The translations under genes were made by a program, and so were the position numbers. 64,000 nucleotides of DNA from Alphaproteobacteria bacterium (GTDB taxonomy: Bacteria > Pseudomonadota > Alphaproteobacteria > UBA7887): positions 4,384,001 through 4,448,000 of the forward strand of contig CBDCGL010000011.1 in NCBI GenBank assembly GCA_965216755.1. The letters run 5' to 3'. Under the pieces are notes generated by a model that saw only the letters and a list, made by a program, of their open reading frames with translations, made no database searches and had not been told where the DNA came from. Below, piece by piece: positions 1 through 9,292 of this stretch (position 1 is its first letter; each line of letters begins with the position of its first letter).

Positions 1-1540
1 TGTTTACACTTCGAACGATCCTGAAGCGCCGCGCCAGGGCGAGATTCTCGAACCACAGGGCGACACCGCCGAACCGGTGACGCCTGTTCAAACGACAGCG
101 GCCAGCGAATCCGTCGCGACGTGCGAACCTGAAAAGAGCTCGACGCGACCGAATCATCCGGCGCGGTCTTTTACGCGCGTGAAACCGCCGAAGCGATCGC
201 AGCAACGGCCATTTGACCGGCAGGAACGCGGGCCCGAAATGTCTGCCCCTGAAGTCCGCGCGGCAGTTGAGGCGAAGGCCGACGGCGATAAAGCGGCTGA
301 CGCTGTGGCGAGCGCTGGTTCTGACCGACCGCCGCGTGTGGTTTTGCGTGCGACACGTGAGAGTGCGGATCGACCCAGATTTGATGCCTTGGCACAAATT
401 GCCGACATTGAAGATAGACCGCAACGCGAACGGCGCCGGGTTGCGCGGCGTGCGATTGGCGGTGCGCTGATCGGGGTTCTGTTGGCAGGTGTGGCTTACA
501 CGCATTTCGCTCTGGGTTGGAAAATACCGTCGTCCAGCGCGGCGACTGCGTTTGTCACGACAGTCCAGGAATGGGCGGGCACCGTGGTCGGTGCATTCCC
601 CGGCGGCGATGATAGTTTGAGCGGCTATACCGAACCGGTGGATGTTGCGGATAACTCGGTGCAGCAGCAAGGATTGGCGTCTCCAGCCAAAGACCGCGCA
701 GGCGAAGGCGCCGCGCCCGCCGGTGCTGGCGCTGTTAACGGTCAGATCCTCGATAATGCCTTTGCGCCGATTTCGGGCGCACAGGGGCGAACACAGTCGC
801 GCGCCATGGCAACGGATTTTGGACCAGGTTCGGGGCGTGCAGAAGTTGCCAATACACCGAATGTTGCGGTGACCGCACCGACCCAGCCAGGGCCATCAGT
901 GCGCGCACATCCGTTGGAGCCTGTCGCGGTTCGACCGTTGGTTGCAACGGACGCTGCGCCACGACCAGCGAGTGGCGCGGACGATCGCACTAACAGTGTT
1001 ACCGTGGCGGCGGCGGACGCGGTGCCGGACGGAGTGCGGCCGCGTGGCGCTTCGAATGCTGGTGAAGTTGGGTCGGCCCCACAAGCGGAAGCCACTGACA
1101 AAAAGGCGGCGGCGCCATCGGCCGAAGCCGCCGGCGACGATCCGCGGTCCGTCGCGGCTGCGCCAGCAAGTGAAGCAGCCGATGCGGCGCCGAGCCAGGC
1201 ACTGGTTGGAAATCCGGGGCAGGCGGTGGCCGAACAGTCAGACAACCAAGTCGCGGCGGCGCCGCCGACAATTGATCCGATTCCGGTTGGCAAATATGCG
1301 ATACAGCTTGCGGCGGTGCGCAACAATGATGGGGCCAAGCGGGAGTGGCAACGCCTGCAGGATGCGTTCCCCGAGGATCTTGGCGACAAGACATTGGTCA
1401 TAAGGGAAGCGCGGTTTAGCGATGGTGGTTCGATCTATCGCATACAGACCGGACCGTTCGACGCAAAAGATGCCGCCAGCGCGATTTGTACGCGTCTGAA
1501 AGCCGCATCTCAGGACTGCTTGGTTCTTCGCCGCAACTGA
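1..1540 (+). CDS. SPOR-domain membrane-anchored cell-envelope protein (probably 5'-truncated by the window edge)
   Basis: Frame is open from position 2. One TM helix (IGGALIGVLLAGVAY), a long Ala/Pro-rich linker, and a C-terminal SPOR motif (YAIQLAAVRN...EWQRLQ...IYRIQTGPF...ICTRLKAASQDC). Confidence 0.85.
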   Translation, partial: VYTSNDPEAPRQGEILEPQGDTAEPVTPVQTTAASESVATCEPEKSSTRPNHPARSFTRVKPPKRSQQRPFDRQERGPEMSAPEVRAAVEAKADGDKAADAVASAGSDRPPRVVLRATRESADRPRFDALAQIADIEDRPQRERRRVARRAIGGALIGVLLAGVAYTHFALGWKIPSSSAATAFVTTVQEWAGTVVGAFPGGDDSLSGYTEPVDVADNSVQQQGLASPAKDRAGEGAAPAGAGAVNGQILDNAFAPISGAQGRTQSRAMATDFGPGSGRAEVANTPNVAVTAPTQPGPSVRAHPLEPVAVRPLVATDAAPRPASGADDRTNSVTVAAADAVPDGVRPRGASNAGEVGSAPQAEATDKKAAAPSAEAAGDDPRSVAAAPASEAADAAPSQALVGNPGQAVAEQSDNQVAAAPPTIDPIPVGKYAIQLAAVRNNDGAKREWQRLQDAFPEDLGDKTLVIREARFSDGGSIYRIQTGPFDAKDAASAICTRLKAASQDCLVLRRN

Positions 1541-1610
1541 CGCGAGGCCAAAGCGCTGACTGGTTGGGCCCCGTGTCGGCGGTAAACGTCAGCGGTGGGT
1601 TTGGCGGCTC

Positions 1611-2786
1611 TTATGGCGCGGTGCGAAAATGTTTGCTGAGCGCCAACCCCTGACGCTGATACGACGAGCCGATATCGGCCCCATAGGTCTTGTCTGGTTG
1701 GGCGGCGAGGGGCTCAAACGCTAGGCGTCCAATGAGCTGGCCATGTTCAACCATGAACGGAACGTCGTGCGATCGCACCTCGAGAACGGCTCGTGCACCG
1801 TGCTCGGGCGATGGCCCATAGCCAAAACCCGGATCGAAGAATCCCGCATAGTGGACACGAAACTCTCCAAAGAGAGTGTCATATGCCACCATTTCGGCGG
1901 CGTGGTCGGGCGGTACCGCGACCGCTTCCCGTGACGCCAAGACATAAAAGTGGTCAGGATCGAGGATCAGCGAGCCGTCATCGGCCGCGGTGATCGTTTC
2001 CCAATAGTCGGTTGGTGCATAGTGTCCGACGCGATCGATATCAAGCAACGGCGCATGGCGCCGCGCGCGATAGCCAATCAAGTTCGAACCGCCGTGGGCA
2101 CGCAGGTTGATTGTGATGGGAAGCGCACCGCGCAAGGTCGGCTCAATGCCGCGATTGTCGTGTGATGATGGTTCCAGCACTTGCTCATGCAGTCGCCGGC
2201 GCGCATCTCGGCCGAACACCGGTGATCCACGCTTTATGCGCAATTGGCTTAGACGCGAACCACGGCGCACGACGATGCTAAATGTCAACGGCGAAATTTC
2301 AGCGTAGAGGGGACCTTGGTAACCTGTCCGAACAAGGTCAAATTCTGTCGCGCCGTCCGCTATCAGACGCGTGAAAACATCAAGCCGTCCAACCGAACTT
2401 TTCGGATTGCCGACACAATAGTAGTCGCGCGGCAAATGAACGCTCTCTTCCAAGCGTACGACGTAAACGCAACCACGCTCGAGTACGGCGCCGTCGTCAA
2501 GTTGCACCTCGTGCATGGCATACTGAGCGATTTTTTCGTTAACTGTCGCGTCCGCGCCGGGAAGAAAGCTGGCGCGCATCCGATACGCTGATGCGCCCAG
2601 TCGCAAGTCCAAACTTGCCGGCTGGATTTGCGATTCGTCGATCGGTGTGATCGCCCGGAGGACCCGTCGTTGCACAAAACGCCGCAATGCCTGCGACGGC
2701 AGAATCCCTGTACCCAAGCGCTCGGGATCGGCCGTGTCGCCGTCGGCCGCAACAGCCGGCAAACATGGCTGAAGCTCACTGGTCAT
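1611..2786 (-). CDS. dcd: 2'-deoxycytidine 5'-triphosphate deaminase (alphaproteobacterial long form)
   Basis: Motifs QIQPASLDLRLG, NPKSSVGRLDVFTR, GEFRVHYAGFFDPGFG, YQRQGLALSKHF. Confidence 0.92.
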   Translation of the reverse strand: MTSELQPCLPAVAADGDTADPERLGTGILPSQALRRFVQRRVLRAITPIDESQIQPASLDLRLGASAYRMRASFLPGADATVNEKIAQYAMHEVQLDDGAVLERGCVYVVRLEESVHLPRDYYCVGNPKSSVGRLDVFTRLIADGATEFDLVRTGYQGPLYAEISPLTFSIVVRRGSRLSQLRIKRGSPVFGRDARRRLHEQVLEPSSHDNRGIEPTLRGALPITINLRAHGGSNLIGYRARRHAPLLDIDRVGHYAPTDYWETITAADDGSLILDPDHFYVLASREAVAVPPDHAAEMVAYDTLFGEFRVHYAGFFDPGFGYGPSPEHGARAVLEVRSHDVPFMVEHGQLIGRLAFEPLAAQPDKTYGADIGSSYQRQGLALSKHFRTAP

Positions 2787-2843
2787 GGTCGCTCACAATA
2801 AGCCGACGCGACAATATGTGGTTGCGCAATCATCGCCGCCATA

Positions 2844-3293
2844 CTAGCGCATTTGTGCGTGGATGCGACATTCAACCCGCGGCGCGGCCAGTTTTGCAGT
2901 GCCGCGAGTGGGATCGCACGATAGCGTTGAAACCATCCGGCGAATTTGCCGGCGCCGCGCCAGGCAGCATCTTAGGTCGTGGATAATCGCCAAAATGACT
3001 TTTTCCCTCGCCCGGTGCTTGCGGTGCTGCCAGTTGCGCTCGTCATGCGCTTGCTTGATCCCATGTCGCGCCGCGCGGAGTGCGCGGAGGTGCCGTAGAA
3101 CGTCAATATTAGCATCGCGATGGAGGCTCATCAGGCTAACGAGATTCAGCGCAGACACGTCGTCGCCCGGGTTCGTGTCGGCAGTCTCAGTGCGGGCGAT
3201 GGACGCCAGGCGCGGTGCGTCTACGCGTTGTCCACGGGCACGTTTTCTCGCCGGATTGCGATGGCGGTACGAACTGTTACTGGCGGAGCTCAT
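2844..3293 (-). CDS. Basic hypothetical protein, 149 aa
   Basis: ORF fills the gap between dcd and the repressor on the same strand, is preceded by an AT-rich promoter-like region, and looks helical. No family recognised. Confidence 0.5.
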   Translation of the reverse strand: MSSASNSSYRHRNPARKRARGQRVDAPRLASIARTETADTNPGDDVSALNLVSLMSLHRDANIDVLRHLRALRAARHGIKQAHDERNWQHRKHRAREKVILAIIHDLRCCLARRRQIRRMVSTLSCDPTRGTAKLAAPRVECRIHAQMR

Positions 3294-3352
3294 GCCCGTG
3301 TCATGTTTGGATGGATTGCGCGGACATATTCGTTCCCACCATAGTCAATGCA

Positions 3353-3370
3353 AATTGTATCATAACAATT
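3353..3370. promoter_or_regulatory. Inverted-repeat operator candidate AATTGT-N6-ACAATT
   Basis: Perfect 6-bp inverted repeat in the AT-rich spacer between the S24 repressor gene and ORF 2844-3293. Confidence 0.4.
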
Positions 3371-3460
3371 CATTATGTACTCAAGGTGGCATAAAATCAA
3401 CATAACACAACTAAAAGCTGTGTTTGAATTCGTCACATTCCATGCGATTCCCGATGGAAA

Positions 3461-4087
3461 TCAGGCTCTGTAGATCCAAACGACACGCGCGGCCCAAGCC
3501 AATGCAACATCCGACAATGGTGGTGCATTACTTGAAACCAGCGTGTATACGCCCGGATGGCGACCGTGTTCGACCCGCTTCAGATACATCCGCCCATTGG
3601 CCAATCTGACAACACACTCGCGTCCGACGACTTCCGCCTCAAGGTCACGTTCGCGCTTAAAATAGATGATGTCGCCATCTTTGTAGAACGGGTACATGGC
3701 GTCGCCGACAACACGAATGGCGGCAAGTTCGTCAGCGTCGAAAGCCGGAAGATCGATATCATCGATGGCAAACCAAGGATCGTCTCCGTTGCTGGGAAAA
3801 ACTTCGCAGCCTAGGCCGGCATGCCCGACTAAGCCGACCTTTTTGCCAACGTCCTGACCTCCCTCTCCCGTCAGAAGCCAAATTAGAGAAACATTGAACT
3901 TCTCAGCGTACCGCCGTGCCGTTTCCAATTTCAGTCCACGGCTGCCGTTCTCATGAGCTGCGTAAGTGGGAACCGGCCAACCACGCGAAACGGCGGCTTC
4001 TGTCGCGGTAGCATATCCCGCACGCCGACGCGCCCAGCGAAGGCGATCGCCAATTGTGCTGTTCGGGCTCCCTTGCGTCATGGTCAT
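3461..4087 (-). CDS. XRE-family HTH transcriptional repressor with C-terminal S24 (LexA/CI-like) domain
   Basis: N-terminal IGDRLRWARRRAG...TYAAHENGSR...WLLTGEG; C-terminal AIRVVGDAMYPFYKDGD...MYLKRV...LVSSNAPP. Confidence 0.9.
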   Translation of the reverse strand: MTMTQGSPNSTIGDRLRWARRRAGYATATEAAVSRGWPVPTYAAHENGSRGLKLETARRYAEKFNVSLIWLLTGEGGQDVGKKVGLVGHAGLGCEVFPSNGDDPWFAIDDIDLPAFDADELAAIRVVGDAMYPFYKDGDIIYFKRERDLEAEVVGRECVVRLANGRMYLKRVEHGRHPGVYTLVSSNAPPLSDVALAWAARVVWIYRA

Positions 4088-4387
4088 TAGACGCCGCTGG
4101 TTTTACGGATCGAAACGGTACGTCGCGTTGCTTGTCGGAGCCGCCAAACCGGCTACGCGCAAATAACGCCGCACGTAACCAATGAACATCAACATGATCC
4201 GCTAGTGTGACGCGTAAAGTCCTGAATTGCAACTATAAGTTGATAGTCGCTTATAGGCCTTTAGGGTAGTTCCCTGATTTATTTCTTGATTGGTTGTCGC
4301 TCATGACCAGATTCTTCCCAGTCAGACGCCGAATTATGCTCGCCACGGCGGACGATTACCGCCGTGGCGAGTGGACTGGCAGAGCGA

Positions 4388-4681
4388 CTAGGCAGCGCGT
4401 GGTCTCACTTCACGTTCAATTCGTTCACCGGCATGAACCTGTGCGCGTCGTAGATCGTAATTCTGCTGTAGATTCAACCAGAACTCTGGGCTCGTATCGA
4501 AATATCGCGCGAAGCGAAGGGCGGTATCGGCGGTAATTGCGCGGGTGCCATTGAGAATGGCGGTCACGCGATTGGTCGGGACGGACAACGCCTTGGCAAG
4601 CGCGTTCGCCGACATTTCGAATTCCTCAAGAATCTCGCGAAGAACGTGTCCAGGGTGTATTGGACGGGTTTCGAATGGCAT
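4388..4681 (-). CDS. higA: HigA/VapI-family antitoxin (orphan)
   Basis: PIHPGHVLREILEE...LAKAL...ILNGTRAITADTALRFARYFDTSPEFWLNLQQNYDL; GAGGA RBS upstream. Confidence 0.92.
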   Translation of the reverse strand: MPFETRPIHPGHVLREILEEFEMSANALAKALSVPTNRVTAILNGTRAITADTALRFARYFDTSPEFWLNLQQNYDLRRAQVHAGERIEREVRPRAA

Positions 4682-5856
4682 CGGGTGTTTCCTCGAACGC
4701 TGACCTTATGGACCGCAAGTACCGATCAGTGGTTCCAGCCCGAATCTGTGCAGAAACTTGGCGGCGCATAAGACATACTGAACCTACAAATAATTTGCGT
4801 TCGCACCGTGTGTATGGTGGAGACGCTAGAGCCCGGACCGCGACGCAGGTGCGTTGTGCCGTCGCTGAACCGTGTATCGATCATGCCTCGCGACCCACGA
4901 CAAGTAAAGGCGATCATACATATCCTGACGATGACTCGGGCCCGACCTACTAGATGTTGGGAGTGTGACTTATTGGGGTGAAGAATCGCGTTGTTGCTGT
5001 GACGGCTGCCCGAAGTCCGCGGTGAAGCTTGCCGGCGTGCGTAGTACGTCATATTTGGCATTGAGAATTGATATTTGCGAGGCTCACCCATTTGGAGGAT
5101 TGACCGCATCAGCACGTTATTGGATATTTGTCTGGTATAAAGGGGTAGTGTGCGCCGGATTCGGTTTTTGTAGCGAGTGAGCATCACGCTCTTGATTGTC
5201 ACAAAACTGACTCAACAAAAGCTTGATTTTGTCGCAGGCGTCATTTTTGCGTCGGTACGCGGATCGAGCAATGCGCGGCTAATAGCGTGATTTTGCGGCG
5301 GCTTTTTTTTCGACTTTGAAACGATTGCTGCTGATGGAATAGTTACTTTCGCCAATACATTAAGGCTATTTTGCGCTGATTCGCGTTTTATTTCTGGACC
5401 TTACAGCCGAAAATCTGTGCGCTGCCACTTGCACTTTTGGGCTGTGATTTAGGATCGCAATAAGCGCTAGCGGCGTATTGCTTTTGTCAATCATGCGTCT
5501 CGGAGCCTGCCGGCGCATTTCAGCCTCCGCGCCAGGCGCGTTTGCCTTGACCCGCAGCCGCGACGGCCACGATTGGCCCACCACAATATCTGGAACCGTG
5601 TCCGAAAATATTGAATCAATTCTGGTTGCGGCCCGGCGGGCGCCCACATTGTCGGATGGCGATACGATGGCGCGCAGGTTGATCCTGCGCGCGCCTGCTA
5701 TCAGAAATGCGGATCGCAAAATGTTTCGTAGAGCAATTATATGTTACGCTAACTAAATTGTCGTTTTTTCACGCCGTAATATTGAACTCTGCGGAGTTGC
5801 CGGCCGCGTGATGGGTCCTGGAGACTTGAAATGCGTTGCAATTGAACGCACACGAG

Positions 5857-5883
5857 AAAAAAGGGAGACCCAACGGATCTCCC
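5857..5883 (-). terminator. Rho-independent terminator
   Basis: Minus strand reads GGGAGATCC-GTT-GGGTCTCCC followed by T6. Confidence 0.7.
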
Positions 5884-6064
5884 TCCAAGTCGAGTTCGGG
5901 CTCTATGCGTCTCCAATTTCGACACCATTATCCTAGCAAACGCGACAAGCGATAGGTGTGACAAACCCGTGACATATTTCCGTTATTTGCGACACTACAT
6001 CGCGCAGCGTGCCATCGGCCGCCATATCGAGGTGTGATTAGTCTGGCAATGAAGCATGACCGGC

Positions 6065-6817
6065 TCACGCTTGGTTGGCCGCCGTCTTCGTCGCAGCTGT
6101 CTTGTGCCGTAAGGTGACTTCGGACTTCTCAGTCGTGACCGTGGCAACATGTTCGATATCGGCCCATTTTGGCGCTGTGGAGAAGTGATTTTGCAGGAAT
6201 GCGACCAAGGTTGCGATTTTGGCGTTGGTGCGACGCTCCCGTGGCCACACAGCGTGCAGGGCGCGGTCGGTGACGGCATACTCGCTCAGCACGGCCGTCA
6301 AGTGATGGCCCGTTAGGTCACGCCAACACATGTAACTTGGCAGTATGGCGATGCCGCACCCAGCGAGTGCCGCAAGACGAATCGCTTCCAGACTGTCGCA
6401 CGTCATCGGCCCACTGGCACGCACCGAAAATGCACCGCCGCTGCCGCGAAATCCCCACATTCCAGGCGGTACCGCAGCGGCATCACATAGGCACGGCCGA
6501 TGCGCGAGTTCCAGCGGATGTTGCGGCCGACCCCACAGCTGCCAGAACTCCGGTGTCGCACACACCACCTCGTGGTAGCCGACGAGTCTTGCCGCGTTTG
6601 GCCCTGGTTTCCGGTCGGTTGTGATCTCAATACGAATGTCGGTATGCACTCGCCGCGTCGCCGGCGGGTGCGGGCCATAGGTGACCTTGAGCCGCAGATC
6701 CGGGTGGCGAGCACAAAATGCGGGCAGCAGTGGGGCAATGTGGCGGATGCCGAAATCATGCGGAACACGAAGATGGATATCGCCGCTCAGCGGGCCATGC
6801 CTGTATTCGGTCGCCAT
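6065..6817 (-). CDS. Stand-alone LysR substrate-binding domain (CrgA-like), no HTH
   Basis: GPLSGDIHLRVPHDFGIRHIAPLLPAFCARHPDL...VVCATPEF...PQHPLELAHRPCL...LAALAGCGIAILPSY...AKIATLVAFLQNHF. No N-terminal winged HTH. Alternative start at 6874. Confidence 0.8.
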   Translation of the reverse strand: MATEYRHGPLSGDIHLRVPHDFGIRHIAPLLPAFCARHPDLRLKVTYGPHPPATRRVHTDIRIEITTDRKPGPNAARLVGYHEVVCATPEFWQLWGRPQHPLELAHRPCLCDAAAVPPGMWGFRGSGGAFSVRASGPMTCDSLEAIRLAALAGCGIAILPSYMCWRDLTGHHLTAVLSEYAVTDRALHAVWPRERRTNAKIATLVAFLQNHFSTAPKWADIEHVATVTTEKSEVTLRHKTAATKTAANQA

Positions 6818-6937
6818 CTGCAATCCCCGTAGCCCATGCGCGATCTGGTTACCAAGCGCGAACTGGGCCGCCACCCGCCATCATGTCGGAGATGGCGCCG
6901 GCCACCAGTGCGATCTGCCGTGCAATCGGCTTTCCCA

Positions 6938-7792
6938 TCAAGTCTCGGCGTCGGCACACCTGGCTCCTGGCGATTTGGTCGCGACCACGTCCGCGAAATT
7001 TGCCGGCGCGCCACGCGCATCGTCCCACGCGCCCAATGTCACATGCGGTTCGACGGCCCGCAGGGCGCGGATCAAGTTTGTGAGTGTATCGGCCGATGGT
7101 GCGTCTGGCGCGCGGCGCAACAATGACAATTCGACATGGACTTGGTTCGTGACCGGGCGTGTCAGAAAACCGTCCTTATGGGTCGACGTCGATGTCAGGA
7201 GCATGACCGCATTGGCCAGATGTATCGGACCGTTGGTCTTCGGTGGTTGTTGATGGGTGCCGCCGTCGATCGCCTCAAGATAAACGGCCAAATCATCTTT
7301 CTCGGACGGTGACAGACCAATCGCGAAATATCCATCGAAATAGTCGATGACGTCGGTCACACGATCGAACCGACCGTCATAAACCTATGGCGCCGATGTC
7401 TTGGTTTCCAGCAATGTCGGTGTCTCGAAGGCGTTGCCGATTTTGCCGGCCCGGCCCGTGCCAACATCGTGTGTCTGGCCGTCGGCGAAATGGTTCCGCG
7501 GGATAAGCCAAGCGGCGCCAGATTTCTCTGGCGCGACGGCAAATGGCCGAAGAAAAACCTGTTCGCCGCATTTGGCCGCCGGTGACGCAGTGGCGACCAA
7601 TCGGCCATTGGGATCGAGCAAGTCGTTGGCTGGAAACGGCAAGGTCTGCTGGTACGCAACCTTGGAATCAAGTTGCAGTTCGCTGGGGTTTGGGCCCGCA
7701 AACTCATTGACGATCGCGAACAACGTGAGATCTCGGATCGTTTCAAATCGACCGTCGCGGCCATTGGGTGCCGTGTGCCGTGTTGCGCCCAA
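6938..7792 (-). pseudogene. Decayed, 5'-truncated cytochrome c peroxidase-like gene
   Basis: TAPNGRDGRF...IVNEFAG...HDVGTG...FETPTLL...SAP*VYDGRFDRVTDVIDYF: an in-frame TAG at 7387-7385 replaces the Y of the APYxHDG motif, and the expected CxxCH site reads SGAAWL. Confidence 0.7.
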
Positions 7793-7811
7793 CGCGGTTC
7801 CGGTTCGAGAC

Positions 7812-8123
7812 CTAACGGCAGCTGACCACGGCTTCGAGTCGGATCGGCCGAAAATCGTGGTCGGTGACGGCGCAACCGCTGGCTTGTTCGACGGCCGCGA
7901 TCATGCGGTCGCGAAAGTAGCGGACATCCTTGCCGTCAACATCTTTGGGAGACGAAAAGGTGAGGGGTTCGGCGACAAATCGGTTTCGGCTTACCGGAGT
8001 GATACGATAAACCTCAGTGCCCATTTCAACGGTCACGGGCTCACGCGGGACGGCTGTGCAGCCGATCTGGACAACGCCCACCGCCAGCACCAGCGCAGCG
8101 CCAAAGATTCTCTTCTGAAACAT
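7812..8123 (-). CDS. Small lipoprotein, 103 aa
   Basis: MFQKRIFGAALVLAVGVVQIGC signal/lipobox; C-terminal AVEQASGC...VSC cysteine pair; GAAGG upstream. Confidence 0.7.
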   Translation of the reverse strand: MFQKRIFGAALVLAVGVVQIGCTAVPREPVTVEMGTEVYRITPVSRNRFVAEPLTFSSPKDVDGKDVRYFRDRMIAAVEQASGCAVTDHDFRPIRLEAVVSCR

Positions 8124-8303
8124 GGTGGTAAGTCCGCCTTCGCTGACCGCCGACAGACGGTCTTCCGCGATCAATAGATCGTGCTCAACAGCGTGATGCC
8201 AAGCCGTAAAAATACCGCAAACGCAATCGCAGGGCGACGCGCCCATTGAGTTCTGTCCAAGGCCCGCTACAGTGTCTTTGATATTGGAGAAAGGCGAGCG
8301 GAC

Positions 8304-8765
8304 ATGGCCGATTTCAAGATTCTGGCAACCAACCACACCAGTTTTACAGTCTCGGATTTGGACCGTTCCGTCGATTTCTATACGAATGTCTTGGGTTTCG
8401 AGCTGATTCATCGCGGCGGTCGCGACCCGAAATTCATTGAGCGCGTGGTTGCGGTGCAGGGTGCCGACATCGAAGTTGCCTATATTCAGGCGCCGGGGCA
8501 TCGACTGGAACTCATCGAGTATCGTGCGCCCGCCGATCGCCGCCAGGTCGAATGCCGACCCTGCGATGCCGGATTCGCCCATATCGCATTTGACGTTGAT
8601 GATATTGATGCGGTCTTGCGGGCGGTGCGCGCCGCCGGCGTCACGCCGCTTGGCGAGCCGTTGTCATTGGTGCACGGGCCAAATCGGGGCGGGCGGGTCG
8701 TCTATACGCGGGATCCCGATGGTGTCACGGTCGAATTCATTCAGCGACCCACTGGCAACGGGTAA
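8304..8765 (+). CDS. VOC family (glyoxalase/methylmalonyl-CoA epimerase-like) protein
   Basis: NHTSFTVSDLDRSVDFY...LELIEY...HIAFDVDDID...YTRDPDGVTVEF. Confidence 0.9.
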   Translation: MADFKILATNHTSFTVSDLDRSVDFYTNVLGFELIHRGGRDPKFIERVVAVQGADIEVAYIQAPGHRLELIEYRAPADRRQVECRPCDAGFAHIAFDVDDIDAVLRAVRAAGVTPLGEPLSLVHGPNRGGRVVYTRDPDGVTVEFIQRPTGNG

Positions 8766-8791
8766 CGTTGCAACTTGCGGGGCGGCAAGCG

Positions 8792-9109
8792 CTATGTCGG
8801 ATCGCCGGCCAAATTGGTGATGTCGGTCCAATTGTCACCGGCGGCGACAATGCAACTGATGCCGTTGGTGCGGGTCACCAGAATCGTCCATGTGCCGCTT
8901 TGGCTGACAAAGACTTCCGTGACCGTTTGACCCTGCGGGCTGAGACCCAACGCAATTGGCGCCTCGCCATATGTTTGGGCCAATTTGCTGACCGCATCGT
9001 CATGTCGGGCACAGGGCGCGCTTGATTGTGCATGCGCCGCCATCGGCAACAGCCATAGCCCAAGCGCGCACAGCGTGCTTAGACCGAAATTGGCAGTGCC
9101 GTTGTTCAT
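8792..9109 (-). CDS. Small secreted conserved alphaproteobacterial hypothetical protein
   Basis: Signal peptide ending AHA; C...L...YGE...GL...EVFVS.SGTWTILVT...SCIVAAGDNW pattern. Confidence 0.8.
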   Translation of the reverse strand: MNNGTANFGLSTLCALGLWLLPMAAHAQSSAPCARHDDAVSKLAQTYGEAPIALGLSPQGQTVTEVFVSQSGTWTILVTRTNGISCIVAAGDNWTDITNLAGDPT

Positions 9110-9292
9110 GTCGTGACCCTTGCTATGTGTCCGTCAGCACGTTTCGTCGCCGATTTCGGTTGGTTGATACCTGGATACCCGATCTCAGCCATTACGCGTG
9201 TCATACGATGTGGGGTCGGTTTGCCAAAGGTCAATAACGCACCGGTTCACGATGCGGTGTCGTGTGGTGACCGCTGTCACGGCCGGCCAACT

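Noticed and set aside
3461-4681. Prophage (CI-like repressor plus antitoxin)
   Set aside because: No integrase, cro, replication or structural genes nearby.
4726-5964. Short ORFs in the long intergenic region
   Set aside because: Atypical composition, no RBS or motifs, and mutually overlapping on both strands.
7385-7387. Amber read-through (pyrrolysine) in the CcP-like gene
   Set aside because: The heme motif is also lost and the gene is 5'-truncated, so simple decay explains it.
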